Shown: positions 1 through 11,821 of the stretch, one piece after another
How positions within the stretch are numbered: position 1 is the first letter of the stretch
Layout: every line of letters starts with the position of its first letter
Source of the DNA: Octopus vulgaris
Taxonomy: Eukaryota
Reading direction: 5' to 3'
Assembly (NCBI GenBank): GCA_951406725.2
Contig: OX597814.1
Coordinates: 137,330,001-137,394,000 of the forward strand
Length of the DNA: 64,000 nt
Position numbers and translations under genes: made by a program
Notes under the pieces: generated by a model
Databases searched by the model: none
Seen by the model: the letters and a program-made list of their open reading frames with translations, nothing else
Told to the model about the DNA's origin: nothing

Positions 1-154
1 TACTGTTATGTTTAGAATTCCACAGAAATTTTCAAAATCCAGTTTGTGTTCTGTATAGTTGTTATGAACTGAAGAGAAAATATTGGTAAAATAGGGATAA
101 ACGCAAGTTTACATTAATGTTCCATTAAGTATATGAGTGCATGTATGTATATTC

Positions 155-363
155 TTTTACTTGTTTCAGTCATTTGACTGTGGCCATGCTGGACCACTGC
201 TTTTAGTCAAAGAAGTCGACCCCAGGACTTATTCTTTGTAAGCCTAGTACTTATTCTATTGGGCTCCTTTGCCGAACTGCTAAGTTTCAGGGAAGTGAAG
301 ACACCAACATCAGTTGTCAAGCAATGGTTGGGGGACAAACACAAATACACACACACACAGATG

Positions 364-401
<38 letters not shown>

Positions 402-560
402 GACGAGCTTCTTTCAGTTTCTGCCTACCAAATCCACTCACAAGACTTTGGTCAGCCTGAGGCTATTGTAGAAGACACTGGTCCAAGGTGCCATGCAGTG
501 GGACTGAACCCAGAACCATGTGGTTGGGAAGCAAGCTTCTTACCACATGGCCACACCTGC
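155..560 (-). mobile_element. SINE copy or copies with embedded (CA)n/(TA)n
   Basis: Same blocks (TTGTTTCAGTCATT..GCCATGCTGG..GTACTTATTCTAT; CACTTGCCCAAGGTG..GGACTGAACC) recur at about 19690-19900, 43620-43950 and 52570-52720, and inverted at 20950-21310. Confidence 0.7.
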
Positions 561-694
561 ACCTATATACGTATTCAAATATATGTATATATTTTTCAAA
601 CCCTTTTAGAATAGGTTATTTATGATCATAAAAATATTTTCCAGTCTATATTTAATTTGGCTTCATAATTGTTTTCTTTTTACTTATTTTTCAG

Positions 695-881
695 AAAGAG
701 CTCTCTTTTCTTTTGAGATGTCATTTCACCCACTGTTCAGCCTAACTAAAGGAAATTGCTTACTGGATTTTCGGCGCCAAGAGAACAGAGCATTTTATAC
801 TGCTCTTTTCAAGCACATTTTTTATCTTGGCAGTAAAGGTTGCAACAGAACTGCACTTGAATACTGTAAACTTCTACTTAG
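695..881 (+). CDS. TCF25: TCF25 exon (ERALFSFEMSFHPLF...[12 protein letters not shown])
   Basis: ttttcag acceptor, AG|GTATAA donor; inside ORF 622..975. Confidence 0.93.
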
Positions 882-3800
882 GTATAAAGATTCACTGTTA
901 TGTTTTTGGTACTTATTTACCAAAAAGATGAACATTCATCACTTGCATGTTCATCTTATTTTGGTAGAAAAATAATTCAAATACCCAGTTTCATACAAGT
1001 AAATTCAAAGACTGAGTTTTGGAATTTACTTTTTTATTAGTATTGCTAGCTTGAGAATTTCCTATATTGGCACAAGTCCACTCATTTTTAATTAACTGAA
1101 CATGGCTCAGAAGGTAGAGCATCAGACTCACAATCATGCAGTAGTGAGTTCAGTTCCTGGACTGGGCTGTGTGTCGTATTCTTAAGCAAGACACTTTATT
1201 TCATGTTGCTCCAGTTCACTGAGCTGTAGGAATGAGTTGCAATGTCATTACTGGTGCCAAGCTGTATTGGCCTTTGTCTTTCCCTTGGATAACATCAGTA
1301 GCATGGAGCTGTTATGGATGGGCAACTGCTGGTCTTCTATAAACAACCTTGCCCAGACTTGTGCCTTGGAGGGAAAATTCTAAGTGCAATCCCATGGTCA
1401 TGACTGAATGGGGTCATTTTTTTTTTTTTTTTTTTTTTTTGCTCCATTACATGTTTGGTATTTACTTTATCATCTATGGAAGAATGGAAAAAAAAATTGA
1501 TCTCAGAGAGCTTTGAACTTAATGCAGAGGCTGAAACTAAATGCTTCATTCTTAATGATACACTAGAGCTGGTTTTAGCAACTAGATCAGTGGTTCTTAA
1601 CGGGGATCCATAAGACTCTTAGTGGTCCAAAGAATTTTATAAATAAGGAATGGCTATGCTGTCGTGTAAAGTAAAATAAGAATCAAAGGGGTCTATAGAC
1701 CAAAAATGGTTGAAAACCACTGAACTAGATCTACAACTGAGACAGATTTAATCTTTTGCTTAATCAAAAGAAATCAATATTACTTTGTATTTAGCTTTGT
1801 CTGTACTGCAAGAAGTAAACCCCTAACTAATTGAGGCTACATCTCTGCCTCCAATATATAAATTCTTTGTGCCTTGTCAAAAAGAAATTTATATGTTTAA
1901 TTAAACATCTCCGATGACAAAGACATCAAAATAATTACAACTGTAGCTGTAACTGTCACATGGCCAATAGACAGTGTTGTTTGAATGATAGATATAGTGG
2001 TTTGTGGATTATATTCCAAGTTAACCATTTCAAGTGTATGAGGATATAGGTCACAGCAGTGTCCTATATTTGAACATTTTGTTCAAATTTTTGTAGCTTT
2101 CTTTACCTTTGGAACACCTATGGTTTGGTAAAATATATTACTCAACTAAACTAATCTATTCTCTCTCTCTCTCTCTCACTCACACTTGCACACACACACA
2201 CACACACATCTATTCAAGTATACACATTTATTCTTATTTTAGTAGTAAATATTTACACTCCAAAAGATACACTCATATGTGCAGCTACAAAAGCCTATAA
2301 GAAGTACACTCATTCATATTGTATGAAAACTATATATATATATATAATGGACTCACTCGTTGGCGGTGTTGTATGAGTGTTCAGCTTTTACTGAATGACC
2401 TACACAAATGATTTGTTTATAGTGATCAAACGTATGTGCCATACATTAGCTCATTCTCTCCATCAAATCGACATTGCCTGAGCAGGTGCACAGTGTACTA
2501 TGCGTCAGGTGTCAAAGTGATTGCAGAGCAACATGAAATGAAATGGTGTTGTTTAAAAAGACAATGAAACACCTGGTCTAGGAATTGAAACCATGATCTC
2601 GCAGTTGTGAGTGCAAAACCCTAACCACTAGGCCATATGTCCTCATGATACACACACACACATATGATGCACACACAATGCATGCACTCTCATATTAACA
2701 TTTATATACACTCAGTAACACATAGACACATGCTCAAGATGATACATATGTACACATGGAGCCTGATCTATGTACACTCTTACAGGTGAATATATAAACA
2801 ACAACACATCCTAGTCAAATCAAACTAAGCATTCTATATCTGCCCTAAATTTAAGCAGGTTTTGTCATAGTCTTGACATTCTTTTTTTCTATGTATTTTA
2901 TTTCAGCCTTGACCCTGACAATGACCCTCTCTGTGTTTTACTCTTCATTGACTACTATGCACTCAGAGCTGAAGAGTTCTCATTTCTGATAAGGTTCTAT
3001 GAAGAGCAAGAGGTCAGTTGGAATAAAATATTTTTTCTAGAAAACAAAAGAAAATTTTTAATAAACAAGATCTCAAAATTTTCTTCCCTGAAGTTAAAAT
3101 GTTAAATGGATTTGCTCTTTTCATTGAAAACTTTTTATTGCTGTTTAGTTTTTTGTCTGTCACACTGGGTTCCTTTAGTGGAGTAAATAAGTTTCTATGA
3201 AGAGCAAGAGCCTCTTCAGGTTTAATGCTAAATAGTACACAAGTCCAAATTCATAAATTATACCTCAAATCTAACAGAGTTATATTGTGCCTCTAAGCAA
3301 GGCATGTTACTCAGTTTTTTATATTTTCTATTTAATAACAATGTATCTATTTCGTTTTTGGATTTAGTTTGCAAGATTCTTTATATGAGTTCGTGGGTTG
3401 AAGCATATTCTGTTGTGTCTGGGGAGAGTCATTCTCTTTTAGTGCCTTATTATTTAACACACTCACCGGTAAAATTTTAGAAAATAAAAATAAGAAATAA
3501 GTGGAAATTTTACCAGTGAGTGTGTTAAATAATAAGGCACTAAAAGAGAATGACTCTCCCCAGAAACAATGTATCTACTTTACAGATAAATAATTGATAT
3601 TAGAAAAGTCATCCAAGTGATATAAATGTTCTAAAATTGTACAACTCTGTGAAAACATATCTCATGTTATCATTGAGAAAAAAAACATGATTTGGCCTGT
3701 GTTGCACTGGTTATTCACTTAAATATTTTGTGCTAGGTGTTGCCTTTAATGACTGGCATAATTGTACCATCAGCTGTTATTTTTTTTTTTTTGTAATATG

Positions 3801-6800
3801 AGAGAGGAAAATTGTAAGAGTTTCAAGTTACGAAGGTTGTAGAAATAATTGTTATTTACATTTCTGTTATAAAGATGATTTTTTAAAAATTTTCTCTTTG
3901 AAATTTCAGCCTCACAAAAATTTGTCACAATTACCAAATTTTGCATTCTCAGTTCCACTAGCTATGTATCATCTGGCAATTCAAAATAATGAAAGTACAG
4001 AGAAAGCTGACAAAAGGGTTTGTTATAACCTTTTATTTAATTAGATTTTTACCTTTCATTTCAATGCACAATTTATTTATCATAAATGCAATGCTTTTCT
4101 TTATTTAAGAAGAAGTAAGATATTTTAATTATTAATTGCTTGGTCATGTGCTTTGTAAGGATGTATGCTAACGGTGTTCTAAATGTATATAAAACACAAA
4201 AGTCGTGAAAAGTTATTTTATTTAATATACATCATTACTGTCAATTAAGTGGCACTGACTTTTGCCTGTGTCTCCATCCATCTACACCCACTTTTCCTGG
4301 GAGGGCCATTTGAATAGAGTCCTTAGCTCAACCTGGAGAGACTCCTTGATCTCTGAGTAATACACTGTGCCAAGATCCTTCAGAAGAATCCCATTTCAGC
4401 TGCTTGTATTCACCATGTGTTTCATCTGATTTATTGCTTGTTTGACAGTTTGCTTCTGATGTCTCAGAAGTTAGGAAATTCATTTTTTATTAGAATCAAT
4501 CATTACTAATCAAAATGTTCAAAAAATAATTCTCTTTTAAAATTTATACACATGCATGTATGTATGTATACATACATGCATGTATGTATGTATTAAGAAT
4601 TTTACAAATAGAAAGCTCAGCTTTATTCAACAAATATGCTGGATTAAATATGGTTTATATTATTAAAACAAAGTAAATAGCAAGACAATTTCTTTTAGAT
4701 GTTGTTGGTGTGATATTGATCATAATATTTAGTACTGCAATATGACTAAAAACTGTTGAAAAGAAATAAGTTCAAATACAGATGCAGAGAGAAATAATTT
4801 AACTTTTTATCTTACCATCATCATTTAATGTCTACTTTTTTATATTTGCATGGGTCACTTGGAATTTATTGAAACCAGATACTCTTCCTGTTGCCTTATA
4901 TTGGGGAAATATTTCTTCTGATTATGTGACAGAATAAGAATGATTACTCATTGAGCACAAACGTACTCATTGTGAGTTTTATTTATGTAAAAACAAAAAA
5001 CACTATTCGCTATTTCTGAAGGCAGAAATAGTCAAAGGCTAATTTATTGCTTAAAGGCATTTAGTTCCACCTTGGTAATATCACTTATTCTTTCATTCTT
5101 CCAGTATTGACAAAGAAATGAACCTGGTATCTTCTAGGAATAATTCAGTTTATTTACTTCAATCATTCCCTACAAAGTTGGCTACAACTGGCCTTGTCTC
5201 AATAAAAGAAACATTAATTTGTTATAAATTATTTATTAGCAATTTATGTATCACTTAGCATCAGCATCCATCTATGTACTTATACACACACATACATAGT
5301 CTTTCTCTAACAGAAATTGATTTAATATCTATTTTATTCAGTTACAAGAAAGCCTTCGTATGTTTCCTGCACTGCTGTTCTTTCTTCTGGATAAATGTAG
5401 TGTCAACCCTGCAGGAGTAGTCACCAGTTGCCACTTGTTCACTGAAGCTCAAGTGGGGTAAGTAGTTTTGAGTCATTTTCTTAGTATTGGTCATGGGTCC
5501 AAATCTGCTGCAGATGTTTTGTTGTGTTCATTGATAGAATATTTTACGTTACATTTTCCTACTTTACTTAGATGTCAGAAACAGGTACTAAATCACCTGG
5601 GAATATTGTCTATGACAGAATAGTAAGCTAGCCAAGAGTAGTTGTCTTTCATCTGCTTCTCACAATTGACCATTAGATGTGAGCATTTACAATACATTTA
5701 TGTATGTGTGCACATCCATATGTGCATACAAACACAGACAAAATACTTCAAATACTATATCATACTCTTTAACTTCTTGCAGATTGCCAAGTGGTTTACG
5801 CCAACTGATTGGTCTTTATACTGGGCAAGTCTGGCCTTGTTGGAAAGTTATGCAAAATGTCCAGTGGCTTGAGAAAAATGTTGAAGTAGTTGTACAAAAC
5901 TTCCAAGCTGAAAATGATGATAAAAAGGAATATTATCGAAGGTAACTAACCCAAAGTTTTGATTTCTTATTTCTTGTATAATTTACAGTTTTTTTTTTAT
6001 TTATTGAACTGTTTTCCACTACCTTTTATATGCTTTTTTGGAACATTTATTTTTACATCTTGATACTCTCCCTCTTTGCCTTTGATACTCAATTAAATTG
6101 ATTTTATCATATTTCAAATTAAAACATACGTAAATAGTGTATTTTGGTTAAAATCATTTCATTTAACATCTTTTTTTTCATGGCTGGGACAGGAGTAAAT
6201 TGCACCTTAGGGTGTACACCTAGCTGTAAAAATCCTGCCTCAATTTATTTCTGTCTCAGCCCTGCTAGCATGGAAAAAAAACTGCAGATGTTTGAAACAA
6301 AGCTATTTCAAATAAAATGGACTGCCGTGTGTCTCAATTTTTACAATAATAAAAATTTTCAATAATTGGTTTCCATTAAGAGGATGTTTAGAATGGAATT
6401 TAACAGTAAAGTTTTTGCATGAAATTATGATAGGTGGTTTGAATTTAAACACTGAACACTTTGAAATGGGTAGTTTTCTAACAAAGAACCAAAGGTGATT
6501 TTAGGTGTGTTGCTATTTAAAAGTTTTAAAGTGAGTATAATTGGCAAATCATTAAACTTAAGTCCATAAATTACTTTATCAATTTTGTTTTCATTGTTAT
6601 TTTACTAGATTTCACCGACGATATCAAGGCACACCTAGAAATATTTGTCGATATATACTTCTGTCTGAGATCAAAGAAGCTATGTCAGATCTTCCACCGG
6701 TAAAAAGCAATAACTAAACATTTCGGTTTTCTATTTTTATGACTAACTTATTTTGAAATTCTCCCTATTGATCTGTAGCTTATTTCTTAATCAAATTATG

Positions 6801-7119
6801 TGTGTTGTTTATAACCCTATTATCTCCCCTAATTTCGCTCTTGCATCTCACGTTTGATCTTTGACTTCTGGCCGAAATCAGATCGCCATGTTAATTCGCT
6901 AGCCTCTGCACGCATTTTTTTTTTCTCTCCTTTCTGTGTTTTTTCTCTGTGTATCTTTCTGTTGAAGAGCGTAGGCTCGAAACGTAAAAGACTTGTTTTA
7001 TTTATATTTCCTGAGCGCCATACTAATACAATTGTTTGTTTGTATTCCACCTGCCTTCGTCTTTGTTTATTTCCGTAAACCTGCCTTCGTCTTTTGTCTA
7101 TTTTCATAAAGCTTCCCGT

Positions 7120-7150
<31 letters not shown>

Positions 7151-10100
7151 CATATAATTTGTTTACATCCCCATAACTTTGCAGTTTGTAAAAAGAGACC
7201 GATTGAATAAATAATAAGCTTAAAAAAATAAGTTCTGAGGTTGATTTGTTTAACTAAAACCTTTCGAGGCAGTGCTCCAGCAAACGACTGAAACAAGCAA
7301 AAGAATACACACACACACACACACAGCTGTATCAACCGGACTGTTGGAGGTTGTTGTACACCACTGATCACAATGTGCATCCTCACATTGTTGTAGATTT
7401 CATATGGTGTCGCCCCAGTGGTTAGTAGGACAGGCCAGTATTCCCCTGAATGGACTGCCTGTCTGTAACAAGGTTATCCATTTACAGCTGAGTGGACTGG
7501 AACAATATGAGATAAAGTGTTTTGCACAAGAATACAATGTGCAGCCAGCCAGGGAGTTGAAACCACAATCTTGCATTTGTGAGTGCAACACCCTACCCAC
7601 AAGGCCATGCACCTTCACTATATTTTATACATACTTGTGTGTGTGTTTGTGAAAATTGTGATGATATTTGGTTGAGTATATCTGTGTTTGTTATGTGTGT
7701 TTTTTGCCTTGCTTTTCTATGTTTTGTTGTTGTTCCCCTGTGTCACATTTTCAATATATGTATTTGCTCCAGCAAATGACTGAAACAAGTAAAAGAATAA
7801 ATGAATACACACATACACAGCTGTATCAACCAGATTATTGGAGGTTGTTATATGCTGTTGATCACAATGTGTATCCTCGCATTGTTGTAGCTTTCAAATG
7901 ATGTCACCCCAGTGGTTAGGCGGACAGACCAGTATTCCTCTGAATATATATACATACATACATATATATGATGAGGCCTATGGATATATATATAAATACC
8001 CCATTTTTAACTGCCTACACCCTCAATATAACTGACAAGTATAGGCACAAAAAATTACTTTTTTCCATAGGCTGAAACAGCTGTAAGTGATTTTAATGAT
8101 TCTTACACTTTATATTAATGTTTTTTTTAATAACTACTTGTATTATTATCTTAAATGTATTGAATTGTATACTGTATATATGTATGTTATTATGGTTGTA
8201 GTTTTGATAATTAATTAATTAAATAAGGTAACATTCTAATATCCTAAAGCTGATAAACCAAGTAATGTGTTTCTCTATTTTCTTATTTGTTATATATATA
8301 TATAATGTATTTGTACACTTTTGAGAGAACATGAAATATATCTGTTTTGGAACAGTGGCTCTCAAAATCCACATAAAGCTATAACTGATAACATTTAAAT
8401 GTTGGGTTGAAAAACACTTTTTGGATATTATTTATAGGTTTATGTGTGTTGCAGCATTCACTGTTTCAAAAGAGATACACACAAAAACACACATCTATTA
8501 TATATTAATTTGTTGAATTTATTAAAAGTGCTAAAATTAGTTTAGTTGACAAGATTTCTATTTCATTGCAGGACATTACAAACTCAGTTATTCTAAGTTA
8601 TGATATTTTACCACCAAGGGACAATATAGAGACGTACAAACGGCCACAGAGGTGAATATGAAAGCATTCTTTCTGTTCATTTTCATTGTTATATATTTTT
8701 ACTGTTTAGTCTATTATATTCTCTAGTATAATAACCATGTTATGATTTGAATTCATGTCAGTATTTCCTTTGCCTTTTAACACTCTGAGCTCAAAAGAAT
8801 AAGTACCACTTATAAAACTGATACCAGTTCAGTCAACTATCTCTACATCCCTCAAAAGCCAAATTTTTTATTATTAAGTATCATTGTTATAGTGAGTAAG
8901 AGGGTGCTATTTCTGTAATTTCAAAACACCGTCCTTCAATCTTTGGCACATATGATTGCTCATTTGTTATATGCATAACATTGTCTACTCCATGTTTGCA
9001 ATGGTTTACTTAATAAAGTATTTCTTTCTTCTTTTTATATTCTTTTTTTTTTTTTAGTGTGTGTGTTAGTGGTGGAGGCTGAATCCCCTTCCTACCACTA
9101 ATTACTCAGCTGTAAATCAGGAGTTTACTTATCCATTTATTTTTTTTCTTTTTGTATTCTAATGAATAATTGTTATGTACCATATCGTTACCAGCATCGC
9201 CTTACTGGCACTCGAGCCCTGTGCTAGTAGGGTAGTAAGAGCACCATCCAAGCGTGATCATTGCCAGAGCGGCTATCTGGCCTCCGTGCCGGTGGTACGT
9301 AAAAGACACCATTCGAGCATGATCGTTATCAGCATTGCCTTACTGGCACCTGTGCCAGTGGCATGTGTAAAAGATTCGAGCGAGGTCGTTGCCAGTACTG
9401 CCTGACTGGCCCTCGTGCCGGTGGCACGTAAAAGCACCCACTACACTCTCAGAGTGGTTGGCGTTAGGAAGGGCATCCAGCTGTAGAAACTCTGCCAGAT
9501 CAAGATTGAAGCCTGGTGCAGCCATCTGGTTCGCCAGCCCTCAGTCAAATCGTCTAACCCATGCTAGCATGGAAAGCAGACATTAAACGATGATGATGAT
9601 GTCCAGGGACATAACTCAATGGCCATAGTAAGATTAGAACTTACAACATTGTAGTCAGAAGTCCTGAGCCTTAACTTCACCGCCATTATGCCTTTTCTAT
9701 AGAACCCTGTACATTCCACCATGGCAACCCTCAACCTCTAACCCTCAACTTAGCCATGATTAAGTAGACCTAAGATGTTCTAGCCATAACCATCATATTT
9801 TTTGCAGGCATAGTTTACATAGAACTTCATTATCTTATGTGTCCTAGAATTTTTTTTTCCAAGATATTAAAGTGATAAACTATGTTGAAGCCTGTCAGAT
9901 GAGCTTGAACCATAAATCTCTGGTCCAGCCTTGTCACGGTGTCAGTCTGATTGTATCTGACAATTATGATAGAGATACAACTATCGATGGAAAACCCATT
10001 CACTTACACTACAACTCAATGGATAGATTGTTGTTTTGTTTAGCCTCTGGTCAGCTCTTATAGACCAGATCTATGTTTAAAGAGATTGCAACTTTTTAAT

Positions 10101-11783
10101 TTTTTTTCTCCACATATTGTTGCTAAACTATATTATCCAATGTGTATTTTCTTTTTTTAAACAGTATAAGGTGGAAGGGTATTTTGAGGGAAATTTGGCT
10201 ACTTTTTCTAACATGTTGAGCAACCACATAGTGATTCTTTTGTTAAGAAATTTGTTCCCTTGATCAAATAACCAGAAAATTTATTAGAGAAAAAGTTTGT
10301 AAATAAGGTGTAATTCAAAAAGAGCATACATTAATAAACTTCTCGGTTAAATTAGAAAAAGACTTTCAGAAAATTTTTCATATCTAATACTTTGCTCCTC
10401 TAATATTTCACTTATGTGTTTTCACTGTGCATTCTAATAGACTTTGTTGTTTTTCTATGTGTTTTCAGACCTAGAAGAGTGTCTTCCACCAGCGGAGGAG
10501 TTACTACATTCCTTAGGTCCTTACTGCCAGACTTTTCTATTGATGTAAGTCAGTTTCTTTAACGTAAAATTTAGATGACTTTTATTTTTTCCAAAAGTAA
10601 TTGTTGGATCTGATTTTTTCTTTGATTGCTGAACATATGCATACACACATGTTCCCATGCGTGTACGGGTATGTATATATTATACACATGTGAGCATGCA
10701 CACACACACATACACACACACACATACACACACACACACAATCATAGTGTGATCCGAGAAGATCTTGGTATATGAAGATAATCAGCACTGAAGCATGCAG
10801 ATGGCTAGTATAGATGGCCAAAAGAAGGTTATACACAGTCAGCAAAGTTTATTAACTGGCATATTTATATACTTTGTCCCATATTGAAACAGATGGAAGT
10901 TTCTATAAGGTGACTGCCTCTATACAACTCATGGTTTTGCAACAAAAATTGTTAATTGTGTGAATATAAATTGAAGAGTGTCAGGAATAGAAAAGGTAAA
11001 TGTAACATGTAATGCATAAAAATATTGTTTAGCTTTTCTGTGGGTTTAATTATCAGCAGTTTGTTTGCATCATTGCCCCTTGAAATGATGCAAACAACTG
11101 CTGGTAATTAGACCTGAAGAAAAGCTAAACGATGTTTGTATGTGTTGCATAAAACATATTAAGTATAGCTTGAAAACATATTTAGTTTTGATTTACCTTT
11201 TCTGATGATGATGATGTTCCTTACACTCTTTGATATATATGCACACACATACACATAACAGGCTGAGTAAAAAGTAAGCTGCATTTTGAAACATGAAATT
11301 CATCACAATATATTTCAACAATGCGGAAATTTTATTCATTAAAGTAAGTACCATTACAATCAACACATTTTTGCCAACGAGTTACAAGTTTATCATCATC
11401 ATTCAAACTATTATTGGAAATGGACTTTAGGAAATAGAGGCTATGCTAAGATCCAAAAACTGATGTTGAGAAGGAGTGGACTTAGGTGTTACAAGTCTCT
11501 ATTTATAAGCTGAAAAGTAGAGGAATGCTGCCCCCTGCCTTTATCACTGCTCTCCAGTTCTTTTAATAACCTGTTTGAAATACCTCTTTTATTAAAGGAA
11601 CCACTTGAAGAAGAACATGGTGCCACAGGAGGAGGCCATGGTGCCCAACTGACCAATAGCATAGAAACTTTATTGGAAGTGATGCGAGATTTAATGGGTA
11701 ATATTCGGCCTGTACCACCTCCAATTGAGAATCCTCAGAATCAAGCTGATCCACCAGAAGAACATAATGAAGAATGGGGTTAA
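695..11783 (+). CDS. TCF25: Transcription factor 25 / ribosome quality control Rqc1 homolog, 3' part (9 exons; 5' exons lie upstream of the window)
   Basis: Exons 695-881, 2907-3012, 3910-4017, 5342-5457, 5783-5941, 6609-6699, 8572-8651, 10469-10544, 11598-11783, all AG/GT bounded and phase-compatible. Peptides [57 protein letters not shown] and the C-terminal EEWG match the TCF25 family as recalled. Confidence 0.95.
1588..1722. mobile_element. hAT-type MITE
   Basis: TIRs CAGTGGTTCTTAAC / GTTGAAAACCACTG with a perfect 8-bp TSD AACTAGAT on both sides. Confidence 0.85.
2907..3012 (+). CDS. TCF25: TCF25 exon ([24 protein letters not shown]...EEQE)
   Basis: tttcag acceptor, GAG|GTCAGT donor, conserved DPL..L.ID..ALRA motif. 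Confidence 0.93.
3413..3569. repeat. Near-perfect 65-bp inverted repeat (MITE-like hairpin)
   Basis: Arms 3413-3477 and 3505-3569, 2 mismatches, 27-nt loop. Confidence 0.9.
3910..4017 (+). CDS. TCF25: TCF25 exon ([18 protein letters not shown]...KADKR)
   Basis: tttcag acceptor, AGG|GTTTGT donor, 108 nt in frame. Confidence 0.93.
5342..5457 (+). CDS. TCF25: TCF25 exon (LQESLRMFPALLFFLLDKCSV...)
   Basis: ttcag acceptor, GG|GTAAGT donor. Confidence 0.92.
5783..5941 (+). CDS. TCF25: TCF25 exon (LPSGLRQLIGLY...WLEKNV...)
   Basis: ttgcag acceptor, AG|GTAACT donor; inside ORF 5679..5945. Confidence 0.92.
6609..6699 (+). CDS. TCF25: TCF25 exon (RRYQGTPRNICRYILLSEIKEA...LPP)
   Basis: tactag acceptor, CCG|GTAAAA donor, conserved PRNI.R...LSEIKEA. 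Confidence 0.92.
6830..7145 (+). mobile_element. Probable Penelope-like 3'/pLTR remnant ending in (TA)n
   Basis: CpG-richer segment containing a minimal hammerhead-like motif and ending at a (TA)n tract. Confidence 0.5.
6954..6991 (+). ncRNA. Minimal type I hammerhead-ribozyme-like motif (core variant)
   Basis: TCTTT-CTGTTGA-A-GAGC(GTAG)GCTC-GAAA-CG-TA-AAAGA: stem I, core, stem II, GAAA, palindromic ACGT stem III, GUA triplet. Confidence 0.6.
8572..8651 (+). CDS. TCF25: TCF25 exon (DITNSVILSYDILPPRDNIETYKRPQ)
   Basis: ttgcag acceptor, AG|GTGAAT donor. Confidence 0.9.
9178..9600 (+). mobile_element. Abundant SINE / RTE-tail repeat ending in (GAT)n
   Basis: GGCGTTAGGAAGGGCATCCAGC...AGCATGGAAA...TTAAACGATGATGAT; related copies at about 12385-12555, 21770-21940, 25490-25770, 33780-33920 (-), 51590-51815, 52365-52555 and 63285-63540. 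Confidence 0.8.
10469..10544 (+). CDS. TCF25: TCF25 exon (PRRVSSTSGGVTTFLRSLLPDFSID)
   Basis: tttcag acceptor, GAT|GTAAGT donor. Confidence 0.9.
11007..11150 (+). repeat. About 68-bp imperfect hairpin in the last TCF25 intron
   Basis: Arms 11007-11074 and 11084-11150, 9-nt loop. Confidence 0.85.
11598..11783 (+). CDS. TCF25: TCF25 last coding exon (EPLEEEHGATGG...MRDLMGNI...EEWG*)
   Basis: attaaag acceptor, open frame to TAA at 11781-11783, AATAAA at 11816. Confidence 0.88.
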   Translation, partial: EPLEEEHGATGGGHGAQLTNSIETLLEVMRDLMGNIRPVPPPIENPQNQADPPEEHNEEWG

Positions 11784-11815
11784 CCCAAACAGATTCAGAA
11801 AGGGAATTATTTGAA

Positions 11816-11821
11816 AATAAA
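11816..11821 (+). terminator. Candidate polyadenylation signal of TCF25
   Basis: AATAAA 33 nt after the stop; further AATAAA copies near 11927 and 11987. Confidence 0.4.
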
